Virus record (IMG/VR): IMGVR_UViG_3300025736_000010
Location: 32,001 to 96,000 of that record
Reading direction: 5' to 3' (one strand)
DNA: 64,000 nucleotides
Origin: a virus
Within the stretch, counting starts at the first letter, position 1; each line of letters begins with the position of its first letter. Position numbers and translations under genes: made by a program. Positions 44,676 through 55,380 of the stretch are shown here, one piece after another. A model generated the notes under the pieces. The model saw only the letters and a program-made list of their open reading frames with translations. It did not search any database and was not told the origin of the DNA.

Positions 44676-46726
44676 GTACCGAGGTAACATTCCACAGCAC
44701 TACCAGTGATGGGTATATGTACTCTAAGACAGACTCCAATTTTAGTGTAGCGAGAGATGCTGGGACTGCCGACGGGATTGATGCAGTAACTGATCGTCTT
44801 GGAGTTGGTCTTGACTATCCGAATGCTGCTGGAGACAAATACCGTTTCTACAGAACGTATCTATACTTTGACACATCATCTATCCCCGATGGGGCAACGA
44901 TCATAGCCGCAGAGATTAAACTATATGCAATAGGAGAATACACTATAATCACACCTGGGTTTTCTCTTGTTCTTATGAAAGACACAGATGAAACATACCC
45001 TCACGATCCTCTTGTTGTGGGCGATTTTGACCGAGCGTTCTATATTGGCGGTGGCGCTTCTTCACAATCTATCTACACTGGGCAATCAGGCTATAAGACA
45101 TTCACATTTAATGAGGTCGGAAAAGCACTCTGGGTAAACGATACAGGAACATCAAAGTTTGTTGTCATGTCATCGCTAGATATTGGGTACACAATCCCTA
45201 CGACGAAAATGTTCACTACGCTCTACTCGAACGAAGAAGGAGATGGTTATTGGCCAGAACTAAAGCTGACATATGCAACTCAATGCACTGTGACAACAGG
45301 GGCAGCAACAGTAATTCTGGCGAGCGGCGCTACAGGTAATGGGAACGTCACAGATGCTGGTAGCGAAACAGTCACAACACGCGGAGTAATCTGGAATGAT
45401 GATGGTACTGATCCTGTTGACTGGGACAGTAAGGACAATTTTGCGGCGGCGGTTGCTGGCGGAACAGGAGCATTCACAGCAGAGATAACTGGATGCGATG
45501 CAGAGACATCGTACTACTACAGGGCGTATGCAACGTCGTGGGCAGAGGATGTCGGCCCGAATGGTACATCTGTTGGCGCAGCAGTCCAGTTCACAACTAC
45601 GGCTGACTCAACTATCCTCACGGTAACAACGCAGGCAGCAACAGACGTTGCTATTACAACCGTGACTGCCAATGGAACAATTATTGAGGATGCAGCTCAC
45701 GATGTAACTGCATACGGATTTGTCTACAAACTTAGCGGCGATCCTGGGGTGCCAGCTGATCCAACAACCGCAGATAACTACACAGATGAAGGCGCTGAAT
45801 CATCGCCAGCAGAAGGTGCATTTACGTCTGTTAATGACCCAATAACTGGCCTTACTTCGGCATCAACATATTTCATCCGTGCTTATGCTACTACATCTGA
45901 AGATGGGACTGCCTATGGAGCATTAGACGTATTCTACACGGGAACTGAAACAACGGCGACTCTTTACTCATCCACAAGCGATGGCTACATTCATTGCAAG
46001 GGATCGTATCACACCAATTGGTCTACAACTTGGAATATGGCGCACGATAGCGATGGAAGTGCTGGGGGTTCTTATACTTCTGTAGACCAGGATGTAACCG
46101 GGGATGATATCTATGCTTACGTTAATGCTGGTACTAACGCATACAACATATATCGCGGGTATCTGTTCTTCGATACAAGCGGCATCCCAGCCGGAGTTAC
46201 TGTTATTTCTGCTACTCTATCTCTTTATATTAAAGGGAAGTACAAGGCAGACAGGGATTCGTCACTCGTCATTCAAAAGGGGGCAACAGGCTATCCGCAC
46301 GACCCGTTGGAAAACACTGACTACGATTATACAGAATACTCAGGCAGTTACGGATCATTAGCGTATGACGACGCAACAATATCCCAATACAACGACATAG
46401 TGCTTGATACGGGCATCATTGTTGCTGGAGGAGACACCAATCTATGCGTGCGCGAGGGGGAATATGATGTTGCCGATAGTGCATCGGGACTTGGATCTGA
46501 TGATTACGCAGGTTTCATATTCTATGCGGCTGAAAAACTGACTACGTATAGACCAAAGCTGGTTGTGGTCTACTCAGTAGCACAAGAACCATCATTCCCA
46601 TTGGTTAACATTGGCGATGCGTGGGTAGCACCTCTTAACATATTAGTTAACATTGGCGATGAATGGATTTCATATCTAGATCTTGACGTGAACATTGGAG
46701 ACGCTTGGGTTGCGCCGGTTGAATAA
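44672..46726 (+). CDS. tail-associated adhesin-like protein (duplicated carbohydrate-binding-like domain plus FN3-like domains)
   Basis: Two copies of SDGY...R.YL.FDTS.IP.G...YPHDPL; Y.RAYAT repeats; C-terminal triple VNIGD.W. Confidence 0.7.
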   Translation: MSTEVTFHSTTSDGYMYSKTDSNFSVARDAGTADGIDAVTDRLGVGLDYPNAAGDKYRFYRTYLYFDTSSIPDGATIIAAEIKLYAIGEYTIITPGFSLVLMKDTDETYPHDPLVVGDFDRAFYIGGGASSQSIYTGQSGYKTFTFNEVGKALWVNDTGTSKFVVMSSLDIGYTIPTTKMFTTLYSNEEGDGYWPELKLTYATQCTVTTGAATVILASGATGNGNVTDAGSETVTTRGVIWNDDGTDPVDWDSKDNFAAAVAGGTGAFTAEITGCDAETSYYYRAYATSWAEDVGPNGTSVGAAVQFTTTADSTILTVTTQAATDVAITTVTANGTIIEDAAHDVTAYGFVYKLSGDPGVPADPTTADNYTDEGAESSPAEGAFTSVNDPITGLTSASTYFIRAYATTSEDGTAYGALDVFYTGTETTATLYSSTSDGYIHCKGSYHTNWSTTWNMAHDSDGSAGGSYTSVDQDVTGDDIYAYVNAGTNAYNIYRGYLFFDTSGIPAGVTVISATLSLYIKGKYKADRDSSLVIQKGATGYPHDPLENTDYDYTEYSGSYGSLAYDDATISQYNDIVLDTGIIVAGGDTNLCVREGEYDVADSASGLGSDDYAGFIFYAAEKLTTYRPKLVVVYSVAQEPSFPLVNIGDAWVAPLNILVNIGDEWISYLDLDVNIGDAWVAPVE

Positions 46727-46746
46727 TATAGTTTCAGTGCAATCAC

Positions 46747-46775
46747 TTGACATTTGATACAAAATATGGTATAAT
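46747..46775 (+). promoter_or_regulatory. sigma70-type promoter (extended -10)
   Basis: TTGACA-17-TATAAT. Confidence 0.8.
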
Positions 46776-46830
46776 AGAGCATGGTTCAAGGAGAAGACTT
46801 GGAAAGGAATAAAACAGGAGGAAGATAGTT

Positions 46831-48744
<1,914 letters not shown>

Positions 48745-48794
48745 GGATTGGCGGTGTATCAAACGTAAGCTAAATAATAAATAGGGAGATACTT

Positions 48795-49697
48795 ATGGTA
48801 ATTGAAACTACAAAGATTAGCGTTTATTCTATTTGTCGAAATGAGGAAGCAAGTTGCAGAGTAGCATGGGAATCAGTAAAGGACGCTGACGAGCTTGTAG
48901 TAGTGATTGATAGCCGCACATCTGATAATACAGAGGAAATTGCGCGAGAATTTACCGATAAAATTTATCATTTTGATTGGTCCGAAAGTTTCTCAGAAAT
49001 GAAAAACTTCGCTGCATCTATGTGTTCGCATAATTGGGTATTCCACCTCGGAGGAGCTAAGACACTAGAAGAAGGTGGGATAGAAAAGATGAGGTCTATC
49101 ATACATGAGCACGGTGACGCACATGATTCCTTTCTAGTCAAACTTGTATCAAAGACAGTTTCAGAACATTCCCATTATCTACCGCATCTTTATCGAAAGG
49201 ATAATGTAGAGTACAGCGGCGCAATCCACGAGGTGATTACTGATACAGGATTCTACGCTGGCGATGTGGTAATTACATGGGGACAAAATCCGAACCATAA
49301 AGCAGATCCTGACAGGAACATGCGTATCCTAAAAAAAGAGGTTGCTAAAATTACGAATGGTGCTAGGTGGAAATTCTATTTAGCCAGGGAGTACTATTAC
49401 AGGAATGATTGGGAAAAGTCATTTAATTTGTTTAGCGAGTATATCAAGATTTCAAAGTTTAAAGCGGAGAAAGGAGACGCATACCTGCTTGCTTCTAAGT
49501 GTTTGTTTCAGTTGGGGAGGGGCAATGAAGCAAGAGAGCATTGCCTGCGCTCGATAGAGATAAACCCTGACCATGAGGAGGCCCTTCGCTTTATGGCAGA
49601 CTTGCACTATGAACCATGGAAAAGAAAATGGCTTCAATTCGCTGATATGGCTGAAAATAATGGCGTACTTTTCGTCGTTAAAAGAGCGAACTTGTGA
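48795..49697 (+). CDS. GT2 glycosyltransferase with TPR repeats
   Basis: I.RNEE, D..SD.T, W..SFS..KN, G.IHE, RN..IL, FYLAREY TPR; canonical DxD appears replaced (GGA). Confidence 0.8.
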   Translation: MVIETTKISVYSICRNEEASCRVAWESVKDADELVVVIDSRTSDNTEEIAREFTDKIYHFDWSESFSEMKNFAASMCSHNWVFHLGGAKTLEEGGIEKMRSIIHEHGDAHDSFLVKLVSKTVSEHSHYLPHLYRKDNVEYSGAIHEVITDTGFYAGDVVITWGQNPNHKADPDRNMRILKKEVAKITNGARWKFYLAREYYYRNDWEKSFNLFSEYIKISKFKAEKGDAYLLASKCLFQLGRGNEAREHCLRSIEINPDHEEALRFMADLHYEPWKRKWLQFADMAENNGVLFVVKRANL

Positions 49698-49723
49698 AAA
49701 GTGTAAAATATGGAAACGCCGCC

Positions 49724-49752
49724 TTGACAGAAAATTATCTATGTAGTATAAT
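49724..49752 (+). promoter_or_regulatory. sigma70-type promoter
   Basis: TTGACA-17-TATAAT. Confidence 0.8.
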
Positions 49753-49774
49753 ATAACTAATTGGAGGCAACAAA

Positions 49775-50221
49775 TTGCAGTCTAATATAGAACTTCTAGA
49801 GGAATTAACGAAGAACCTACCGATATTAGATCCTTTAATGTTTGCTGGAATAAGCAATTCTACAGTGTCTTATGCCGTTGAGTGCGGAGAAGGAACCGCT
49901 AAAAACCTCATGAACATTGACGGAATTGCAGTAGCCAATTGTATCTTTTCGCCAGACACCGTGTTGCCGAGACACAATCACGAAGAAAAGGAGTGGTTTT
50001 TAGTCTATTCTGGAACGCTTGATGTTGCCATAGATGGACTAGCCACAGAAGACATCGGGAGATTGATGGGCAACGGGAGCAATTTTATGCTAAAAGCAGG
50101 CGATTTTATCTTTGTTCCTCCGAGAATACCGCATGTTGTGTCTTCGACCAATGGCGCTAAATTTATTGCGATCACTATCCCAAGTTCTCCTGCATTTCCG
50201 GGTGACGATGCCAGAGAATAA
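49775..50221 (+). CDS. cupin-domain protein
   Basis: P.H.H...E...V..G and GD..FVP...PH. Confidence 0.85.
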   Translation: MQSNIELLEELTKNLPILDPLMFAGISNSTVSYAVECGEGTAKNLMNIDGIAVANCIFSPDTVLPRHNHEEKEWFLVYSGTLDVAIDGLATEDIGRLMGNGSNFMLKAGDFIFVPPRIPHVVSSTNGAKFIAITIPSSPAFPGDDARE

Positions 50222-50513
50222 CGGAGATGGGTGGGCGAATTGGGCCAATCATGTATTAGCCGAGCTAAAGAGGAACGCCGACGGAAATCAACGCATAGAA
50301 GATAAGCTAGACACAATGAACGAACAATTGACTCGCCATGAAGTGTACATCGAGGAAGCAAAAGACAAGGATATCATTGGCAAGGTTGTAAATAACACAA
50401 AGTTTGTCACCAACGTTAATAAACTCGTGTGGAAACTTGTCGGAACCGCTCTTGTATCCGCCGGAGGAATAACTGGACTTGTGAACTATCTGTCTGGTGC
50501 CTTTACCAAATAA
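50208..50513 (+). CDS. holin-like membrane protein (coiled coil plus C-terminal TM)
   Basis: Start MPENNG; single C-terminal hydrophobic helix; located after tail genes. Confidence 0.5.
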   Translation: MPENNGDGWANWANHVLAELKRNADGNQRIEDKLDTMNEQLTRHEVYIEEAKDKDIIGKVVNNTKFVTNVNKLVWKLVGTALVSAGGITGLVNYLSGAFTK

Positions 50514-50521
50514 AACTCGCC

Positions 50522-50613
50522 TTGCAATCATCTTCCTAATAGTGTATAATCATATCAATAAGGGAGGACATCAAACCAAAAGACTTGACAAACTGGTAGA
50601 TTTGTGGTATACT
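50522..50613 (+). promoter_or_regulatory. tandem sigma70-type promoters
   Basis: TTGCAA-17-TATAAT (50522-50550) and TTGACA-17-TATACT (50585-50613). Confidence 0.7.
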
Positions 50614-50638
50614 TGGTTAAATTATTGAGGAGGCTTAT

Positions 50639-51265
50639 ATGAAGAAGATTAAGATTGGGCTGCTAGTGGGAGTTTTAGTGGCCATGTGTATTGGGTTGGC
50701 GTCGTGTATGTTGCCCGGAGAGTTGGTAGGAGGCGCTGTGCCAGTGGCCAGCTTTGATGTAACAATTGACGACCTTGCGGTGACGTTTGACGGCAGCAAT
50801 TCCTATGATGTTTATGGTGGAGCTATTTCGTATGATTGGTATTTTGGTGACGGAGCAATTAGCGCTCGTAAGAAGCCGCGACATACGTATGCGAATTACG
50901 GTACATATAGCGTGTTGTTGATTGTCACCAACGAAAGTGGGGATACTGGACGGGCTGAAAGAGAGATAACTATCACAGGCGAGCTTGACTTTGATCCGGT
51001 CGTTTTGTTTTCATACATTCCGGCTAAAATTCAGACTGATTCAATCGTAATATTTAATGGCAGCGAATCACACGCGATTGGCACGAAAATCTATTGGTGT
51101 AGATGGGATTTTGGTGATGGAGAAACAACCGGAAAGGAAAGTTGGGAGAAGGCAAAAACAGTTTGGCATACATATCAAGACGCCGGAATTTATACGGTAT
51201 TCCTAACAGTATGGGATGGCAATGGAAAAGTTAAGTCTACGTGGCATAGTATAACTGTCAAATAG
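50639..51265 (+). CDS. PKD-domain lipoprotein (two PKD domains)
   Basis: Lipobox LAS-C; W.FGDG...HTY...G.Y.V.L.V twice. Confidence 0.85.
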   Translation: MKKIKIGLLVGVLVAMCIGLASCMLPGELVGGAVPVASFDVTIDDLAVTFDGSNSYDVYGGAISYDWYFGDGAISARKKPRHTYANYGTYSVLLIVTNESGDTGRAEREITITGELDFDPVVLFSYIPAKIQTDSIVIFNGSESHAIGTKIYWCRWDFGDGETTGKESWEKAKTVWHTYQDAGIYTVFLTVWDGNGKVKSTWHSITVK

Positions 51266-51266
51266 G

Positions 51267-51295
51267 TTGACTTTTTGACGAAACTATGGTATAAT
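51267..51295 (+). promoter_or_regulatory. sigma70-type promoter
   Basis: TTGACT-17-TATAAT. Confidence 0.75.
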
Positions 51296-51316
51296 ATTAA
51301 TCAGTAATGGAGGTAC

Positions 51317-51592
51317 ATGATGGAAGAAAAGAAAGGAGGGGCATTTTTCGAGTGGCTGAAGGCGCGAGGGGCTGGTTTTCTAGTTTGGATTCTCCGCACA
51401 GCTATTTGGCGAATCTTAGTTAAGATTCTAGAAAAGGCCAATTCGGCTGATATTGCAGACAAGGTTCGTCCTTACCTGCGAAGTTTGTATAAGAAACTTG
51501 GTCCAGACGCACAGGTTGCGATTACTGAGGCTATTAGGAAGATGGCGGCATTTGCCGAGGAACTATTAGAAAATGAAGAAGTAGGAAATTAA
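51317..51592 (+). CDS. small amphipathic/membrane protein
   Basis: GGAGGT RBS; hydrophobic helix. Confidence 0.55.
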   Translation: MMEEKKGGAFFEWLKARGAGFLVWILRTAIWRILVKILEKANSADIADKVRPYLRSLYKKLGPDAQVAITEAIRKMAAFAEELLENEEVGN

Positions 51593-51608
51593 ATCTAGGA
51601 GGTTTATA

Positions 51609-52079
51609 ATGAAGAAGTTTTTGATTGCACTTATTACGCTTGTCGCTTTGAGTACGGCTGTTTTTGCTGGCGGTCCATTGCTTGGTGTTGCTATTACCCC
51701 AATCAACGGTCAAAATAGTATGCTTACATTTGGGTATGACTTCGGTGACGTGAATCTTGAAATTCAGAAGGATGACTTGTCGACTCCATTTCTTCTTTGG
51801 AATTCCGCAGTTATGTGGACCCCGCGACTTCCAGACGGTTTTGGCTATAGGGCCGGGGCAAAGTTAACAATGAATTATGCACAGATAAGAAACACCAATA
51901 CCGGCAGACTGCAATATAATCAGTTTTCATTTGCACTTGGTGTTTCTAAAACATGGGGGCCTCTACAACTTTATGGCGATCTAAATCTTTCACCAAGAGG
52001 AGCTGGCAATCTTATCGTTCTTCCTGTTATCGGAGTTAACTTTCTGTTCGGGGATCTGATCCCAGACGTAAGTATCTAG
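51609..52079 (+). CDS. secreted protein, outer-membrane beta-barrel-like
   Basis: Signal peptide (AVFA|G); alternating amphipathic strands, terminal IGVNFLF. Confidence 0.6.
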   Translation: MKKFLIALITLVALSTAVFAGGPLLGVAITPINGQNSMLTFGYDFGDVNLEIQKDDLSTPFLLWNSAVMWTPRLPDGFGYRAGAKLTMNYAQIRNTNTGRLQYNQFSFALGVSKTWGPLQLYGDLNLSPRGAGNLIVLPVIGVNFLFGDLIPDVSI

Positions 52080-52089
52080 CATTACAAAA

Positions 52090-52116
52090 GCGTGGCGGAA
52101 TAAACGCCGCCACGCA
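52090..52116. terminator. GC-rich hairpin (U tract on minus strand)
   Basis: GCGTGGCGG-loop-CCGCCACGC preceded by AAAA. Confidence 0.55.
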
Positions 52117-52138
52117 CATCTTATAAAAGGGAGAAAAC

Positions 52139-52924
52139 ATGAAACGAATTCTAACACTAATTCTTCTTCTATCTCTATCACTTATGTATGGGTGTTTTGA
52201 GGCGCCTAGTGTGGTAGTAATCGAAGTAGTTTTGATTTCGCCAGAAGGCACTATAAACGCACCGCTGCTTAACGGCCAGCCGTTTGGGTATAATACGCCA
52301 CAGCCTGGGAATGCGCTGCTTGTTAGTTTTGCGTCTTACGTTGACCAATACGGTGCAAGCACTGGGCTATCCGACGACGAGAAATATACTGTAAAGAACG
52401 CTACATTCAGGATGCCATCTAAGTGTGAGAACGACACAGTATTTTGGACAGTAGACTTGCCGAGGAATCAGTTTAGGGTTGTGCCAGGTTGGACAGGAAC
52501 TATTAACCCGTATAATGGATTTGAATGGGCACCGTTCATTGGATGGGAACCTTACAAGTTTGATTGCAAAATGGAATATGGATCACAACTTCCTTATGGT
52601 ATGCCAGAAGGTGACGCCGAGATGTTTGTTGAGGCAGAGGCCAACAAAATTGACGTTGAGTTTGCTGCCGACCCCACGTTCGGAACCAGATACCCTGGAG
52701 GGTATTACAAACTTGACGTGTCGTACTCAGACAAGATCAATACACACAGATTTGTTGCAGAAATAGAAGAGCCTGGAGTTTACGATGTTAATTACTATGA
52801 TGTTGGTGGAAAACTGGTTGGTTCGTGGCGATACACAGTCCCGGCGACTTGGTTTACGATCGACGAGTTGTTCTATGTTCATGTTGGTGGAAATGGGCAG
52901 TGTGCGTTATCGGGAGAAAAATGA
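52139..52924 (+). CDS. putative lipoprotein
   Basis: Signal peptide with MYG-C. Confidence 0.6.
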   Translation: MKRILTLILLLSLSLMYGCFEAPSVVVIEVVLISPEGTINAPLLNGQPFGYNTPQPGNALLVSFASYVDQYGASTGLSDDEKYTVKNATFRMPSKCENDTVFWTVDLPRNQFRVVPGWTGTINPYNGFEWAPFIGWEPYKFDCKMEYGSQLPYGMPEGDAEMFVEAEANKIDVEFAADPTFGTRYPGGYYKLDVSYSDKINTHRFVAEIEEPGVYDVNYYDVGGKLVGSWRYTVPATWFTIDELFYVHVGGNGQCALSGEK

Positions 52925-53433
52925 ACACAATACGAAGAATAGGGGCTTGGCTGAGGAAGTGGCTTACTCTTAAAAACACTGTAGTTGTGCCAGAACCGCC
53001 GACTCCAATTAATGACAACGGAGTTTACATCACAGCTAAACAGGCTAACGATATCATTGTTGCTGCATTGGGAAAGCGGTTGGCATCACGCTCGCACATT
53101 CATTTAGCTGACGCGGAATATTACTGTCCGTCAAAGGAATACGTTGAACACCTAGTTGAGCAAGACAACACAGACTCGAATATATACGCTGCTGAGCGTT
53201 TTGACTGCGATGATTTTTCGTTCACACTAAAGGCTAGTTTTTGTATAGATGCGTATAGGAATGGAGTTCGCCGGTCTGCACATGCAGCAGGTATTGTGTG
53301 GGGAAAGATACCACATCCGCACGCTATGAACTGGGTTATCACTGACGATCTGAAGTTGAGATTGATTGAACCGCAAACCGACGCATGGAAAGAATGGGGA
53401 GATAAGTTCTCTATATGGTTGATGGCCGCTTAA
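52921..53433 (+). CDS. papain/transglutaminase-like cysteine peptidase (agglutinin C-terminal-like)
   Basis: D..YY.P, FDCDDF, G.VWG..HAMN..IEPQ.D. Confidence 0.7.
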   Translation: MNTIRRIGAWLRKWLTLKNTVVVPEPPTPINDNGVYITAKQANDIIVAALGKRLASRSHIHLADAEYYCPSKEYVEHLVEQDNTDSNIYAAERFDCDDFSFTLKASFCIDAYRNGVRRSAHAAGIVWGKIPHPHAMNWVITDDLKLRLIEPQTDAWKEWGDKFSIWLMAA

Positions 53434-53444
53434 TTGGAGGGAGA

Positions 53445-54086
53445 ATGACAGATAACTTACGAATTTGGAATAACGTAAAACAGCCACCGGCAGAAATGTT
53501 GAAGCCGATTCCGGCAGGTCGATTGAAGGGATTTACTGATATTGATCCGACATGGCGATTGATGGAACTTACTAAACAGTTTGGGATGTGCGGAATTGGA
53601 TGGAAGTATACTATTGAAAATAAGTGGCTAGAGGAAGCCGCATTTGATGAGGTAATCGCGTTTGTTGACATTTTTCTGTATGTTAAAGGCGACGATGGTT
53701 GGTCGGATGCAATCCCGGGACACGGAAGTTCAAAATTTACAGTGAAGGAAAGGAACGGACTATATAACAACGATGAAGCATATAAAATGGCATTAACGGA
53801 TAGCTTCTCGGTTGCGTGCAAGGCGCTTGGTTTCGGCGCTGACATTTATCTTGGACGCTGGGACGGTGCTAATTACGCTAATTATACTGTTGATGAGTCC
53901 AAGGTAGACGAGTGGCTCTCTGAGTGTGAGGCCGCTAGCAATTCCAGTGCAGATGTTTTTGCTGAGTGGTGGACAGGAAATAGGGATCAAATCAAGAACG
54001 AATGCGGAGACGCCGGAGCTGTAGAAGTCTACAATCTATTTACCGCATATCATGAAAGGCTAAAGAAAGAAGCGTCTGGTAGCTAA
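53445..54086 (+). CDS. Rad52/Sak-like single-strand annealing protein
   Basis: TDI.P.WR...LT..FG.CG.GW, G.G, EAYKMA.TD...CK.LG.GADIY. Confidence 0.75.
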   Translation: MTDNLRIWNNVKQPPAEMLKPIPAGRLKGFTDIDPTWRLMELTKQFGMCGIGWKYTIENKWLEEAAFDEVIAFVDIFLYVKGDDGWSDAIPGHGSSKFTVKERNGLYNNDEAYKMALTDSFSVACKALGFGADIYLGRWDGANYANYTVDESKVDEWLSECEAASNSSADVFAEWWTGNRDQIKNECGDAGAVEVYNLFTAYHERLKKEASGS

Positions 54087-54088
54087 CA

Positions 54089-54691
54089 ATGCGTATAATT
54101 GACTGCGAACAGCGGACAGACGAGTGGTATAAGGCGCGTTTGGGAATCCCCAGCGCGTCCAATTACGGGAAAATCGTTGACGGGAGCGGTAAGCCGTCTA
54201 AGTCTCAGAAGGACTATCTTAATAGACTAGCTGCTGAGAGGATAACCGGTGTGCGCGAAGAGACACATACATCGGCTGCTATGCAGACAGGTATTGATAG
54301 AGAAGATCTATCTCGCGGTGTGTACGCCATGACATATGAGGTCACGGTTGAGGAGGTTGGGTTCTGCCTTAGTGATTCAGGCAGATACGGCGCATCCCCA
54401 GATGGATTTGTGGGCGAGAATGGACTAGTCGAACTAAAGAATCCTTTGGCAAAAACCGCTGTTGGGTATCTTCGCAGTGGGAAACTTCCGTCTATCTATT
54501 TCCAACAAGTTGAAGGACAACTTCTCGTTACAAAGCGCGAGTGGTGCGATTTTGTGACGTACTATCCCGGTCTTCCGCTATTTGTTGTTCGTGTTGAACG
54601 AGACGAAGAGTTTTTGGCTCGTTTGGAAGATGAGCTTAATGTGTTCTGCGACAAACTAGATAAAGTTTGTAAGGAGTTAGGTGAGGAATGA
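54089..54691 (+). CDS. YqaJ/lambda exonuclease family protein
   Basis: EQRTDEW..ARLG, M..G...E, GASPDG, ELK.P, Y..Q..GQL. Confidence 0.9.
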   Translation: MRIIDCEQRTDEWYKARLGIPSASNYGKIVDGSGKPSKSQKDYLNRLAAERITGVREETHTSAAMQTGIDREDLSRGVYAMTYEVTVEEVGFCLSDSGRYGASPDGFVGENGLVELKNPLAKTAVGYLRSGKLPSIYFQQVEGQLLVTKREWCDFVTYYPGLPLFVVRVERDEEFLARLEDELNVFCDKLDKVCKELGEE

Positions 54692-54702
54692 ACTTTTCTC
54701 GC

Positions 54703-54731
54703 TTGACAAAACGTTAGAAATAGTGTATAAT
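54703..54731 (+). promoter_or_regulatory. sigma70-type promoter
   Basis: TTGACA-17-TATAAT. Confidence 0.85.
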
Positions 54732-54737
54732 ATAAAC

Positions 54738-54816
54738 GTTGGCGGCAAGGGCATCAGGCAGCATTGCCTATCCTACGGGTTGCCCGGTCGTCAACAAATA
54801 AACTTGCCGTAGGAGG
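54738..54816 (+). promoter_or_regulatory. structured 5' leader able to sequester the SD
   Basis: Nested stems; TCCTACGG complementary to CCGTAGGA, which overlaps AGGAGG. Confidence 0.6.
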
Positions 54817-54822
54817 TCGAGA

Positions 54823-55380
54823 ATGAAAGAGAAGTACGATGAAGAAATTATTGGAGAACGATGGGAACCAGTTGTTGGCTATAAAGGATGGTACGAGGTT
54901 AGCGATATTGGAAGAGCGCGTAATGTAGCGGACAGAAAGCATACATTCGTTGGTAAGATTCTGAAGCAACGCATAATTAGCAGTGGCTATTGCGGCATTA
55001 GTCTTTGTAGAAATGGCGATCAACATGATGCGATTGTCCACCGACTAGTTATGGCCGCATTCGTCGGCCAATGCCCAGAAGGCAAAGAGGTCAACCATAA
55101 GGATGGCGATAAAACCAACAATAGATTGGACAACCTAGAGTATGTAACACAATCTGAGAATATGATTCACGCATTTGATACTGGACTACATTCTCTCGGT
55201 GGCGAGAAAAACAATATGAGTAAATTGACTGAGGAGAACGTGCATGAAATTAGGCGGCTTTTGCGTGCTGGGTTGACGCATAAATCTATTAGCGCTCTTT
55301 TCAATGTTTCTCGCTCTTGTATTGGCCTGATCGCAACAGGGGAAAGATGGGCCTATCTAAAAGAAGAAGGGGAGGAATAG
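54823..55380 (+). CDS. NUMOD4-HNH homing endonuclease
   Basis: ERW.PV.GY.G.YEVSD.GR; VHRLV..F..VNHKDG.K.NN.LDNLEY. Confidence 0.9.
   Translation: MKEKYDEEIIGERWEPVVGYKGWYEVSDIGRARNVADRKHTFVGKILKQRIISSGYCGISLCRNGDQHDAIVHRLVMAAFVGQCPEGKEVNHKDGDKTNNRLDNLEYVTQSENMIHAFDTGLHSLGGEKNNMSKLTEENVHEIRRLLRAGLTHKSISALFNVSRSCIGLIATGERWAYLKEEGEE

Noticed and set aside
54738-54816. Hammerhead ribozyme on the minus strand (CTGATG present)
   Set aside because: Lacks the full CUGANGA and GAAA core
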